Notes under the pieces: model-generated | What the model was told of the DNA's origin: nothing | The model's database searches: none | The model's input: the letters and a program-made list of their open reading frames with translations, nothing else | Program-made: the position numbers and the translations under genes | Shown: piece after piece, positions 23,699-34,929 of the stretch | Position numbering within the stretch: position 1 is the first letter of the stretch | Layout: every line of letters starts with the position of its first letter | Source of the DNA: Cetorhinus maximus | Lineage: Eukaryota | Reading direction: 5' to 3' | Length of the DNA stretch: 64,000 nucleotides | Assembly (NCBI RefSeq): GCF_964194155.1 | Contig: NC_135895.1 | Span: 84,568,001-84,632,000 of the forward strand

Positions 23699-24973
23699 AC
23701 AAAAACAGAATTACCTGGAAAAACTCAGCAGGTCTGGCAGCATCAGTGGAGAAGAAAAGAGTTGACGTTTCGAGTCCAACATGACCCTTCAACAGAACTG
23801 AAGTATAGTTAGGAGTATAGTTAGGCCCTCACGCCTTCTCCTCCCTCCCAGAAACATGATAGGGTCCCCCTTGACCTCACTTATCACCCCACCAGCCTCC
23901 GCATTCAAAGGATCATCCTCCACCATTTCTGCCAACTCCAGCATGATGCCACCACCAAACACATCTTCCCTTCACCCCCCCGGCGGCATTCCGTAGGGAT
24001 CATTCCCTCCGGGACACCCTGGTCCACTCCTTCATCACCCCCTACTCCTCAACCCCCACCTATGGCATCTCCCCATGCCCACGCAGAAGATGCAACACCT
24101 GCCCCTTCACTTCCTCTCTCCTCACCGTCCAAGGGCCCAAACACTCCTTTCAAGTGAAGCAGCATTTCACTTGAATTTCCCCTAACTTAGTCTACTGCAT
24201 TCGTTGCTCCCAATGCGGTCTCCTCTACATTGGAGAGACCAAACGCAAACTGGGCGACCGCTTTGCAGAACACCTGCGGTCTGTCCGCAAGAAAGACCCA
24301 AACCTCCCTGTCGCTTGCCATTTTAACACTCCACCCTGCTCTCTTGCCCACATGTCTGTCGTTGGCTTGCTGCATTGTTCCAGTGAAGGCCAACGCAAAC
24401 TGGAGGAATAGCACCTCATCTTCCGACTAGGCACTTTACAGCCTTCCGGGCTGAATATTGAATTCAACAACTTTAGATCTTAAACTCCCCCTCCCTTTTG
24501 TTTTTTTTTTTCAATAATTTATATAGATTCTTCTTTTCCCACCTATTTCCATTATTTTTAAATCTACAACTAATACCTTGTCAGTCTTTCCACCCCATTC
24601 CCCACTAGAGCTGTACCTTGAGTGTCCTGCCATCCATTCTTAATTAGCACTTTTCTTAGATAATATCACCACCTTCAACACCTCTTTGATCCTTTTGTCT
24701 GTGACATCTTTTGATTATCTGCTCCTATCACTGCTTGCTTGTCCCCACAACTACCCCACCCTCAACTTCTCTCCCCCCGCCCCCCACCTTAAACCAGCTT
24801 ATATTTCACCCCTCTCCTAACTATATTCAGTTCTGTTGAAGGGTCATGTGGACTCAAAATGTCAGCTCTTTTCTTCTCCACCGATGCTGCCAGACCTGCT
24901 GAGTTTTTCCAGGTAATTCTGTTTTTGTTTTGGATTTCCAGCATCCGCAGTAGCTTTTTGTTTTTGTCTCTGT
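23699..24973 (+). mobile_element. Penelope-like element (GIY-YIG end) with inverted pseudo-LTRs and a 14-bp TSD
   Basis: Encodes NLVYCIRCSQCGLLYIGETKRKLGDRFAEHLRSVRK. 23699-23815 is the reverse complement of ~24814-24928. AGTTAATTGCCAAG is duplicated at 23685-23698 and 24974-24987. Confidence 0.9.
23760..23799 (-). ncRNA. Minimal hammerhead-like motif in the left pseudo-LTR
   Basis: Minus strand reads AGTT-CTGTTGA-AGGGTC-ATGTTG-GACTC-GAAAC-GTC-AACT: stem I AGTT/AACT, stem II GGGTC/GACTC, GUC site. The core is CUGUUGA, not CUGAUGA. Confidence 0.5.
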
Positions 24974-25275
24974 AGTTAATTGCCAAGGTTTTGTTTAAAT
25001 TCAAACCAGACGGGTGGACACTGATTGATCAAGGCATTGCCAAGGGGAATGAACTGGGGAATGGCTGTCCCCCAAGCTTCTTTTTTAGTTTTAAGCAATA
25101 TTACACTTTAATCACAGTATTTGCCCCATATAATGGAACTAATGATGTGCATAGCTGCAGCTTATGTCATGATTTGTTCATATTCTACTGCACTTCCACC
25201 ATTGCTACTTTTGTTTGCATGTCATACCGAGACCATTTTATGCAGAAAAGCAAATTGAATCGTGCAATGTAATAC

Positions 25276-25490
25276 CACTCACCTTCCAGGAGCGGAGATA
25301 GTCCAACCCGCGAGGGACACCTCTACTCGGGTAGCGGATAAATAGAGGGCAAGGCTCGGGGCCTTCACTCACCTTCTGGAAGTGGTAACAGCCGGACCTG
25401 CGAGGGACGCCTCTACTCGGGCAACAGATAAATAGAGGGCGAGGCTCGGGGCCTTCACTCACCTTCCGGGAGCAGAGACAGCTGTACCTG
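25276..25490 (-). repeat. 90-bp GC-rich tandem repeat (~2.4 copies), inverted relative to a copy at the CR1 5' end
   Basis: cactcaccttc recurs at 25276, 25366 and 25456. The reverse complement of the unit is at 25566-25631. Confidence 0.85.
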
Positions 25491-25566
25491 CAAAACCTTG
25501 GCAATTAACTGTTACCTGATGCATTCTCCATGGCAACGTCTCTTACAATCAGAGTCCACCTGCCAG

Positions 25567-28500
25567 GTGAGTGAAGGCCCCGAGCCTCGCCCTCTATTTA
25601 TCCGCTACCTGAGTAAGGTGTCCCTCGCAGAAGCGGAGACAGCAGGACCTGCGAAGGACACCTCTGCTTGGGCAGGGGGCCGAGTTTGAAAAAAAATCCA
25701 GGAGTGACATCACAGGAAAACTGCAAGTTCATTGATCGGTGAGAAGCTGCTGTCAGGGAGTGCATTTAAATAGCTTACAACTAGAAAAACATTTCATTTA
25801 TTAGGAAGTATCTAAGGAACACTAGCAATAGGGAAGTAAAGTTAAATCAAGTCGAAGTCAAAGTGAAATGAAGTAATAAAGTAAACCAAAGTAAGATAAA
25901 GTTAGCGTAAGTATGGTAACGTTGTTACTAGTAATTTATTCTAGACATTCTACTTACTTTAAGTGTAATAAATAATTTTTAGAGCTAAGGGATGGCAAGT
26001 CAGCTTGGCCAAGTGGAGTGTACATCCTGTGGTATGTGTGAAGTTGTGGATGCACCAAATGTCTCTGACAAACACATCTATAGGAAGTGTCACCAGGTGC
26101 ACAAGTTTGAGCTCTGGGGTTTTGACGCTTGAGTCACTGTTCTGCTTCCGCAAGGCTGAGGATTACGTGGATAGCACGTTTAAGGAGGTGGTCACGTTGC
26201 AGCTCAGAAGCGTACAGCCAGAGAGGGAATGGGTGAGCACCAGACAGTCTAAGAGAATCAGGCAGATAGTGCAGGAGTCCACTCAGCCTATCCTGCTTGC
26301 TAATCAGTTTTCCATTTTGGAAGCTGATGAGGGCGATGGTTTCTCAGGGGAGTATAGCCAGAGCCAAGCCTGTGGCACCATGGGCGGCTCAGCTGTACAG
26401 GAGGGAGGAAGAAGAATGGAAGGGCAATAGTGACAGGGGATTCCATAGCCAGGGAATCAGACAGGTATTCCTGCAGCAGTAAACGTGACTCCAGGATGGT
26501 GTATTGCCTCCCTGGTGCCAGGGTCAAGGATGTCATGGAGTGGCTGCAGGATATCCTTCAGGGGGAGGGGGGATCAGCCAGAAGTCGTGGTCCATATTGG
26601 TACCAACGACATGGGTAAGAAGAGGGATGAGGCCCTGAAAGCAGGTTTCATGGAGTTAGGAAGGAAATTAAAAAGCAGGACCTCAAGAGCAGTAATCTCT
26701 CCCAGTGCCACGTGCTAGTGTGCATAGGAATAGGAGGATTGATTGATTAAATACATGGCTGGAGAACTGGCGTAGGAGGGCAGGCATCAGATTTCTGAGG
26801 CATTGGGACAAGTTCTGGGGCAGGTGGGACCTGTACAAGCTGGACGGGTTACATCTTAACAGGACTGGGACTGATGTACTCACAGGGAGGTTTGCTAGTG
26901 ATGTTGGGGTGGGTTTAAACTAACTTGTCAGGGGGTTGGGAACCTGAGCGGTGGCCCAAATTGGAAGAAAGTAAAGTTGGTAACAGGGAGTAGTAGTGAG
27001 ACCAGAAGGCAGGAGAAACAAAGCAGAGCATTGATAATGTTTTGAATGCAGAATGATGTCAAAAAGACAAAGCTAAGGGCACTCTACCTGAATGTGCGCA
27101 GCATTTGCAATAAGGTAAATGATTTAAAGGCACAAATAGAGGCAAATGGGTGTGATATAATTGCCATTATGGAAGCATGGCTGCATGGTGACCAAAGCTG
27201 GGGACTGAATACTCAAGGAGTATTCAATGTTTAGGAAGGGCAGACAAGAAGGGAAAAGAGGTGGGGTTGCATTGATAATAAGGGACGGGATCAGTGCATT
27301 AGTAATGGCGGACCTCAGATCGGAAGAACAATTTGTGGAATCTGTTTGGGTGGAGCTAAGAAACAGCAAAGGGCAGCAGTATTGGTTGGAGTTATTTATA
27401 GGCCACCAAACAGTAGTGGTAATATGGAGCACGTTATTAATTAGGAGATGAGAGAAGCATGTAGCATGGGCAACACAGTAATCATGGGTGACTTCAATCT
27501 GCATATAGACCAGGTAAACCAATTGAACACTAATGCTGTGGAAGATGAGTTTCTGGAGTGTGTTAGGGGTGGTTTTCTAGAGCAGGATGTTGAGGAGCCA
27601 ACTAGAGGACAGGCTATTTTAGATCTAGTATTATGTAAGGATAAAGGGCTAATTAATAACCTCGTGTAAAAGAACCTTTAGGGATGAGTGACCATAATAT
27701 GATAGAATTTTACATTATGTTTGAAAGTGAGGTCGTTCATTCTGAAGCAAGGGTGTTAAAGTTGAATAAAGGAAATTATGAAGGCATGAGGGACAAATTG
27801 GCTGAGGTAGAATGGGAAAATATATGAAAAGGTATGACTGTACATAGGCAATGAATAGTCTTCAAAGAATTATTACATAGTTTGCAGCAACCATACATTC
27901 CTTCAAGGCACAAAAACCCAAAAAGAAAAGTCAGTCAACCGTGGCTAACAAAGGAAGTTAAGGATTGTATAAGATTAAAAGAAAAGGCTTAGAAAGTTTT
28001 CAGAATTAGTAGTAAACCCGAGGATTGGGAGGTTTTTAGAATAGAACAAAGGAAGACCAAGAAACTGGTAAAGAAAGTGAGAACAGAATCTGAATGCAAT
28101 CTAGCAAAAAACATTAAAATGGATTGTAAAAGCTTCTATAGGTATGTAAAAGGGAAGTGTTTGACTAAGAACAAATATGGGTTCATTACAGGCAGGGCCA
28201 GGAGAATTCATAATAGGGAATAGAGAAATGGCAAAGAATCTCCCAGATTTAGAGACCCAAGGGATTAGGGAGAATGAGGAGTTGAAGGAAATTAATATAA
28301 GTAAGAAGGTTGTATTGGAGAAATTAATGGGACTGAAAGTTGATAAATCCCCGTGACCCAATATTCTGCGTTCCAGAGTGTTGAAAAAGGTTGCTATAGA
28401 GTTAGTGGATACATTGGTGATCATTTTCCAAAATCCTCTAGATTCTGGAATGGTTCCTGAAGATTGGAAGGTAGCAAATGTTACCCCACTATTTAAAGTA

Positions 28501-29905
28501 GAGGGAGAGAGAACACAGGGAACTGCAGATCTGTTAGCCTTACAGCAGTAGAAAGGAAAATGCTACAATCTATAATAAAGGATGTGATAAATGGATACTT
28601 GGATAATCATGATCTGATTGGGCAAAGTCAGCATGGATTTGCAAATGGGAAATCATGTTTGATGAATTTGTTGGAGTTTTTTGAGGAGGTTACTAACAAA
28701 ATTGAAAAAGGAGAGTCGATGGACATAGTATACTTGGATTTTCAGAAGGCTTTTGATAAAGTCTCCCACAGGAGGTTGATTAGCAACATAAAAGCACATG
28801 GGACAGGAGGCAATGTACTGGGATTAAGGATTGGCTAACAGGCAGAAAACAGAGAGTAGGAATAAACAGATCATTCTCGCGTTGGCAGGCTGTGACTAGT
28901 GGAGTACCGCAAGGATCAGTACTTGGGCCCCAGCTGTTCACAATATATGTCAATGATTTGGATGTGGGGACCAAATGTATTATTTCCAAGTTCATGGATG
29001 ATACAAAGTTAGGCGGGAATGTGTGTTGTGAGGAAGATGTAAAGCAGCTACAGGAGGATTTGGACAGATTTAGTGAGTGGGCAAGAACATGGCAGATGGA
29101 ATATAACGTGGAAAAATGTGAGGTTATCCACTTTGGTAGGAGGAATAGATGTGCAGAGTAGTTCTTAAATGGTGAGAGGTTAGAAAGTGTAGATGTACAA
29201 AGGGACCTGGGTGTCCTTGCCCATAAATGAAAGCAAACATGCAGGTGCAGCAAGCTAATAGGAAGGCTAATGGAATGTTAGCCATTATTATAAGAGGATT
29301 TGAGTACAGGAGTAGTGAAGTCTTGCTTCAATTGTGTAGAAGCTTGGTTAGACTGCACCTGGAGCACTGTGTGCAGTTTTGGTCCCCTTACCTCAGAAAG
29401 GATATTATTGCTATAGAGGGAGTGCAATGAAGGCTCACCAGACTTGTTCCGGGGATGGAGGGACTGTCTTCTGAAGAGAGATTGGGGAAACTGGGCCTGT
29501 ATTCTCTAGAGTTTCGAAGAATGAGAGGTGATCTCATTGAAACCTACAAAATACTTAAAGGAATAGACAGGGTAATAGATTCAGTTAAGATGTTTCCCCT
29601 CGTTGGGGAGCCTAGAATCAGGGGATACAATTACAAAATAAGGGGGCAGCCGCTTTGGACCGAGATGAGGAGAAATTTCTTTACTCAGAGGGTTGTGAAT
29701 CTTTGGAATTCTCTACTCCAAAGGGCCGTGGAAGCTCAGTTATTGAGCATGTTTAATTGAGTTTGATAGATTTCTGATTAATGATAACGTAAAGAGTTAT
29801 GGGGATAGTGTGGGTAAAAGGCATTGAACTGTTTGGTCAGCCATCATTGTATTGAATGGTGGAGCAGACTCAACGGGCTGAATGGCCTTCTCCTGTTCCT
29901 TATAA
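25567..29905 (+). mobile_element. Near full-length CR1 LINE, inactivated (5'UTR, ORF1 zinc finger plus SGNH esterase, ORF2 APE-RT, 3' tail)
   Basis: ORF1 from ~25992: CTSCGMCE, GDSI, CLPGARVKDV, HIGTND, DGLHLN. ORF2: LYLNVRSI, MGDFN, LDLVL, QHGF, YLDFQKAFDKV, GVPQGSVLGP, FMDDTK. Many stops and frameshifts. Tail gggctgaatggccttctcctgttcc. Confidence 0.93.
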
Positions 29906-30791
29906 CAGCAGTAAAAACAATTCAATAAAAATAATTAAATTTTCTTGAAGCAATAACGTTGATTGTAGAACTTTATTAAGCACTCATTATCAGTTAGATA
30001 TTGTTTTACGCTTGTCAACTTTTTAGAAGCTGACAAGGTTTTGAGAGTTTTGTAGTTTGGCATGTATGGGACAGTACAAAGGCTTTATTTTCAGCCACCC
30101 AAAGCAGCATTATTAGGAACATTGGAATTTCTAGATGAAATGGTCTATCTAGTTCACGGTATTCCATCCTGGTAGTTTAGAAGTACTATAAGACTTCTTT
30201 CTGCGCTTGAGCATTGTAAAAGCATATTGGTTAATGTTTTTTCTGTTTAAATAAGAGGCGAGTTAAATCTTTGGTCCCTGTCTGACCTGATAAAACTGTA
30301 CATTACACTGTATGGTTATACCTGGGATCTGTAAATGCTGGCATGGTGGTGTGTAGAAGTAAATCGTTGAGTTAAAGTCCAGTGATAATTAACACATCAT
30401 GGTGTTTGAAGAGCAAGGATTTTATGGTGGAAGGTGTGTAGATGATTGGGAAGGGGAGAGAAGAATTTATAATTATATAGCATCTCTCATATCTTCGGGA
30501 TTTTTCAGTGCTTCTGAGAGAATTACTTGCGTTGAAGTGTAGTTGCTCTCATTTTGAGGGCAAATATAGCAGCCAATTTGCAGATAGCAAAGTCTCATAA
30601 CTGGCATAAAATGACATAAAAACAGCCTACTTTTCTCGTGTTGGTTGAGGAATGAATGTTTCCCAGCACATCAGAGGAGCTGTTTGTTCATCATAGAAGA
30701 TCTTATGCGCCCATCTGAGAATAGCAAACGGTATCTTGATTTCACATTTCAACCAGAAGACAATGCGCCTGACAAAGCCTTATTACCTCAG

Positions 30792-31019
30792 ATATAAAAA
30801 GAGAAAATGCTGGAAATGCTCAGCAAGTCAGGCAGCATCTGTGGAGAGAAACAGCTAAAGCTTACGATCGATGAAGTGATGAACCATTGAATGGTCATCG
30901 ACCTGAAATGTTCGCTTTGTTTCCCTCTTTCCACAGGTGCCACCTGATCTGCTGAGCGTTTCCAGCATTTTCAATTTTTAATTTCAGATTTTCAGTATCT
31001 GCAGTATTTTGCTCTTGAA
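30792..31019. mobile_element. Short hairpin Penelope-derived element (two inverted pseudo-LTR ends) inserted into a SINE
   Basis: aaaatgctggaaatgctcagca...gtggagagaa pairs with tttccacagg...tgctgagcgtttccagcatttt. 11-bp TSD TATTACCTCAG at 30781-30791 and 31020-31030. Confidence 0.8.
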
Positions 31020-31099
31020 TATTACCTCAGCCCTGATCTCAAGTGTTACACAGGCTCCACACTCGATACCTGAGTGCCAAATCAGCCTAGATAATAACA

Positions 31100-33837
31100 T
31101 TAACTAAGGCCCTTGTCAACAAAGCTCAATGTCAAACAACTCACTCATAACATCATGGCTTCCCATACACATGCAGAAGTAATGAGGCACGGCAACATGT
31201 CAAAATTTATTGAGTGAACAAATGTAACTTCATAAAGCAAAACAAAAACGGCGTTGGGCATCACACCGAGTCTTCGACTAGTGCTGTGGGCCAACATAAA
31301 AGCACCAGTGAGAAACCCGTGGTGTGCCTAAGGTGCCTTAAATTTACACTTACGGGTGCTACGTCTAGGTGCTGTCCCCTCGTTGGCACTGGCATCTGAG
31401 ACAGCCTGCTCACTCTGCTGTCCTGTTGGCCTCGATGACCTTGGCGGGCGTCCTCTGGCCCGCGGAGCATTTGCTGGCCCCGCCTGGGAAGGAGCTGCCA
31501 GTTCCACAGCTGGCATCTCCCCAGTCGCCGCAGCCTCATCGGATGCCATGGTCACTGGCAGAAGGGGGGAGGAGCTGCTGCCCTCATCCGGAACGTCCTG
31601 AGAGGAGCCCGCAGAGACGACAGGCAGCTGCTGTGCCGACGTGACGTCGCCTTGGGCCTCCCTGCTCCCCGTAGATGGATGGTCACCAAGCTGGGATACT
31701 TGGTGCCCAAACCATTCCCCACACTGGCACTGACCAGCTGTGGCCAATGCCACTGTGAGGGCTTGCAGGTCCAAGCCCAACCCCAGGAGGACCTGATTGT
31801 TCTCCTAGAGGTGGCTCTCCACAAAAGTGGCCACTGTCTCCATGGAGGAAGATGGTGCTCAGCCATGAGGCTCATTGCATCAACAATGCTCCACGTGGAC
31901 TCTTCCAGCATGGGCACCATGCCACGTACAGCCTCATGTATCTCCACCAGATTGTCCCACATACCCTGTTGCACTTCCTGCGTTCACCGCCTCACGGATG
32001 ACTCCAGAGGCTCATCATCAGCTACCGACTGAGCATGTACCTGGCCCCCAGCAGTCCTCCGACTGCCGGCGCTCTGGGCACTCTGTCTTTACCCACACCT
32101 CAAGCGACTGTGAAGTGCCCTCACTGCCATGCCCCGGGGCACTAGCCAAAGATCTAATTCCCACCAAAGTGCCAGTATCTGCTCTGGTGCCTGCCTGGCT
32201 GAGATGGTGTGGCGCTGGTGAGTGCATTTGCTCTGGGGCTTCAGGGATGAGAGGTGGGCCCTCTGTCTCCTCCTCCTGGCCCTGCTCCGATTCTGCTGAA
32301 AGGAAGGAAAAAGACGTTTGATTAGTTACAGTGCAGACAATGTCAACTTGCATGCCGCTCCCCCAGATCATTATGTGTTCACCCTTCCATAGTCAAGGGT
32401 AAACCCATGTTGCTAACTTCAATCACGGAGCATTCAGCAGTGCCATGGCTTCTGTGACACACATGGTGACCTGACTGCTCGCCAAACATACCTCCCCATG
32501 GCACCCCAGCCTCACCGCCACTGGTGGATCTGGGGACATGGTACCTCTCCAGATCCATGGCCTGCTGCTCGAAAGCCGTTAGGATGGCCAACTGGGCCTG
32601 GCCTCCGCCAGTTCGCATTCGTTCCAACGCATGGTGCACAGTCTTCTCCTGAAAAGGAGAGCGGAGCATTGATTAGTCCAGCCTGCGCCTGAATTCCGAT
32701 CACATCCCTGCCAACCCAGCCAGAGTGGGACATTGCAGGGCTCCAGTTCTTCTTCACCCCACAGGTGCCGCACACTCACCCAAACAAGCCAGGGCTGACC
32801 CCACCCACCCCCGGCCAAATGCTGCCTCCTTCACATGTGGCATCACAAGGTCTCACTTTGCTAAGCCAGGAGGCACAAGGACGTGGAGCGCCAACACCAG
32901 CAGATGGATTGATGCCCCACCAACTGGAAGCTCCCCTCCCAGCATGTTAGCACCCTGACTTTGACATGCTTCCCAGTTCCAGCACTCTGCCCAGGTGCAG
33001 ATCCTTGACTTTCAACCCCATTCTATACTCTGGGTGTCAGTGTCACACATACTGCGGATGCAGAACACATCCTAGCTCAACCCTCTCAGGGTGAACTGGG
33101 CATGGGCAATATCTGCTGGCACACCCAGCGAGGGATACATGCCGTGAGGGATTGAATGACGTTACTTTACTCGGAGACGCCGGGGGGTGGCTGGGGTGGG
33201 TTTGGGGGAAAGGATGACTGACGGCTGCAATTAAGCGACTTGAGGCAACATGTTATTCACCCTTCCCGAGCGCAGGAGATCATTGAACCTTTTGTGGCAC
33301 TGAACCCGTGTGCGCTGCACCACATCATGGGGGAGCTCACACTCTCGACCACCTCCTCCCACACGTTTGGTCAGGTGGGGAGCCAACCACCTCCCATCCC
33401 TCAGAAGAAGGATCTCCCACCGTGCTGCCACCTCCTCCAGGAGGGCAGCTAGGCACTCGTCTGAAAAATGCAAGGCACACTGCCCTGCTGGCCTACCCTC
33501 AAGCCTGGTCTGCCCCGAAGGCCTACCCTCTGGACTTGTGTCACCCACATTGCCCCTCTGAAGAGCCCTTCACCCAGCCATTGCGAGCAGCCCTCCCCAG
33601 GGTGCCAAGCCTTCCTTTATACAGGCTGCCGGGTTGCCATTGGACCCAGCAGTCTGAGCGTGCCCACCGCCTACCCACTCCCGCTATGCACGGGAGTCGT
33701 GAAGTATGCTGGGCAGGCCCTAATTGGGCCGCCCATGTAAACTGGCGGCGCAGACCTGATCGCGGGCGGTGATCGGGTCCGCGCCCGCCTGCGCCCGCTC
33801 CTGCACAGCCTGCCCGACATGTGGAAAATTCTTCCCC
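31100..33837 (-). mobile_element. Harbinger-type element with a three-exon Myb/SANT-like pseudogene
   Basis: TIR aaaattcttcccc at the right end. Exon 1 ~33548-33261 (FSDECLAALLEEV...RTRVQCHKRFNDLLRSGR|gtgaat), exon 2 32648-32492 (EKTVHHALERMRTGGG), exon 3 32295-31328 ending in basic PRRSTRKCKFKAP*. AATAAA on the minus strand near 31206. Confidence 0.75.
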
Positions 33838-34143
33838 AGGCCTCTGGGTTACTGGTCTAGTTTAATAACTACTGCACTACCATATCCCTCTAATGTCATT
33901 ACCGCTTCACACATGTGAAAGTTCATCCCTTCAAAAAGGTTCTTGATAAGCAGACTTTGCTGTTCGCAGATGTTTTATTCTGCCAGCACTGCAGGTAGAT
34001 GTGCCAACCAGAGCTCTTGGTTCCTTACATCTGTACTGCCAAACTAAGAATGATCGGACACCGAGCACATATGAAACTGATTTACCTCGGAATTTTTTGA
34101 CTAGAAATATGCTGATGGTCTTCATCACATTTATATGAATGGA

Positions 34144-34766
34144 AGGGCTGAATTTTCCCAGCCCTTGATGCCAAGCTTGGTGGTAAGGGGGCTGGGAAAA
34201 TAGGAATGTGGGGGGCAGGGTAGCCACTTTGGGGTGCCTCTCCAACACATTCTTGCTGCCAGGGAAGGTTCCCAGGGTGGCCTGGCATGTGGACAGGCAG
34301 CCTATTCCATAGAGGCGGGCAACCAATTTATTTTGTTGAGGTCTCAGTTATGGACGGTTTTGTGGCCTCCCTGGTATTTTGCCAGCGGCGGAGCGGCCCA
34401 GACGAGGGCTGCAATTGCAGCCCATATCGATTCAACGGAAGGATCCCCCGTCCAGGCCGACTCATGCGCCAGTTTGGCGTAGAGGCCAGTGAGTGTACCT
34501 TTATGTTGAGGCACCCTCGTGGTCTCCGACCTACCTCAGCAGCGCCCACCTCTCCCAATGGGGCTGCCAATGCTCTGCCCCCTTGATTGAGTCAGCAGCA
34601 ACAGAAGCCCATCTGTCATCCTTATTTGGAGGGCAAGCCCAGAGGCAGCCAGTAGGGAGACAGCCTCCTGGAAGATTGCTCCACAGCGCGGCTGTTGGCA
34701 AGTGTGATGTCAGGATCCCATTGGATCCCAACATCGGTGTCCTGAAATCTAGGGGAAAACCCAACC
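34144..34766. mobile_element. Harbinger-type MITE
   Basis: Starts gggctgaattttccc and ends ggggaaaacccaacc; GC-rich non-coding interior. Confidence 0.55.
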
Positions 34767-34929
34767 TGAGGACTGTTGATGTAAATGATTTAACTTCATT
34801 CTTCATATTCAACCTTAATACTAACTATGCAAATCCATTCCGTTAAACTTTTATACTGTAAATCATTGGTTAGGCCTCAGCTGGAATATTGTGTTCATTC
34901 CTGGGCACCACCCTTTCAGAAGGATGTCA

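Larger units (their letters stand above)
23490..25110 (-). mobile_element. Older Penelope-like terminal segment with a hammerhead motif, interrupted by a younger Penelope insertion
   Basis: Hammerhead core on the minus strand at 23539-23574. The sequence resumes after the 14-bp TSD at 24974-24987. Confidence 0.6.
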
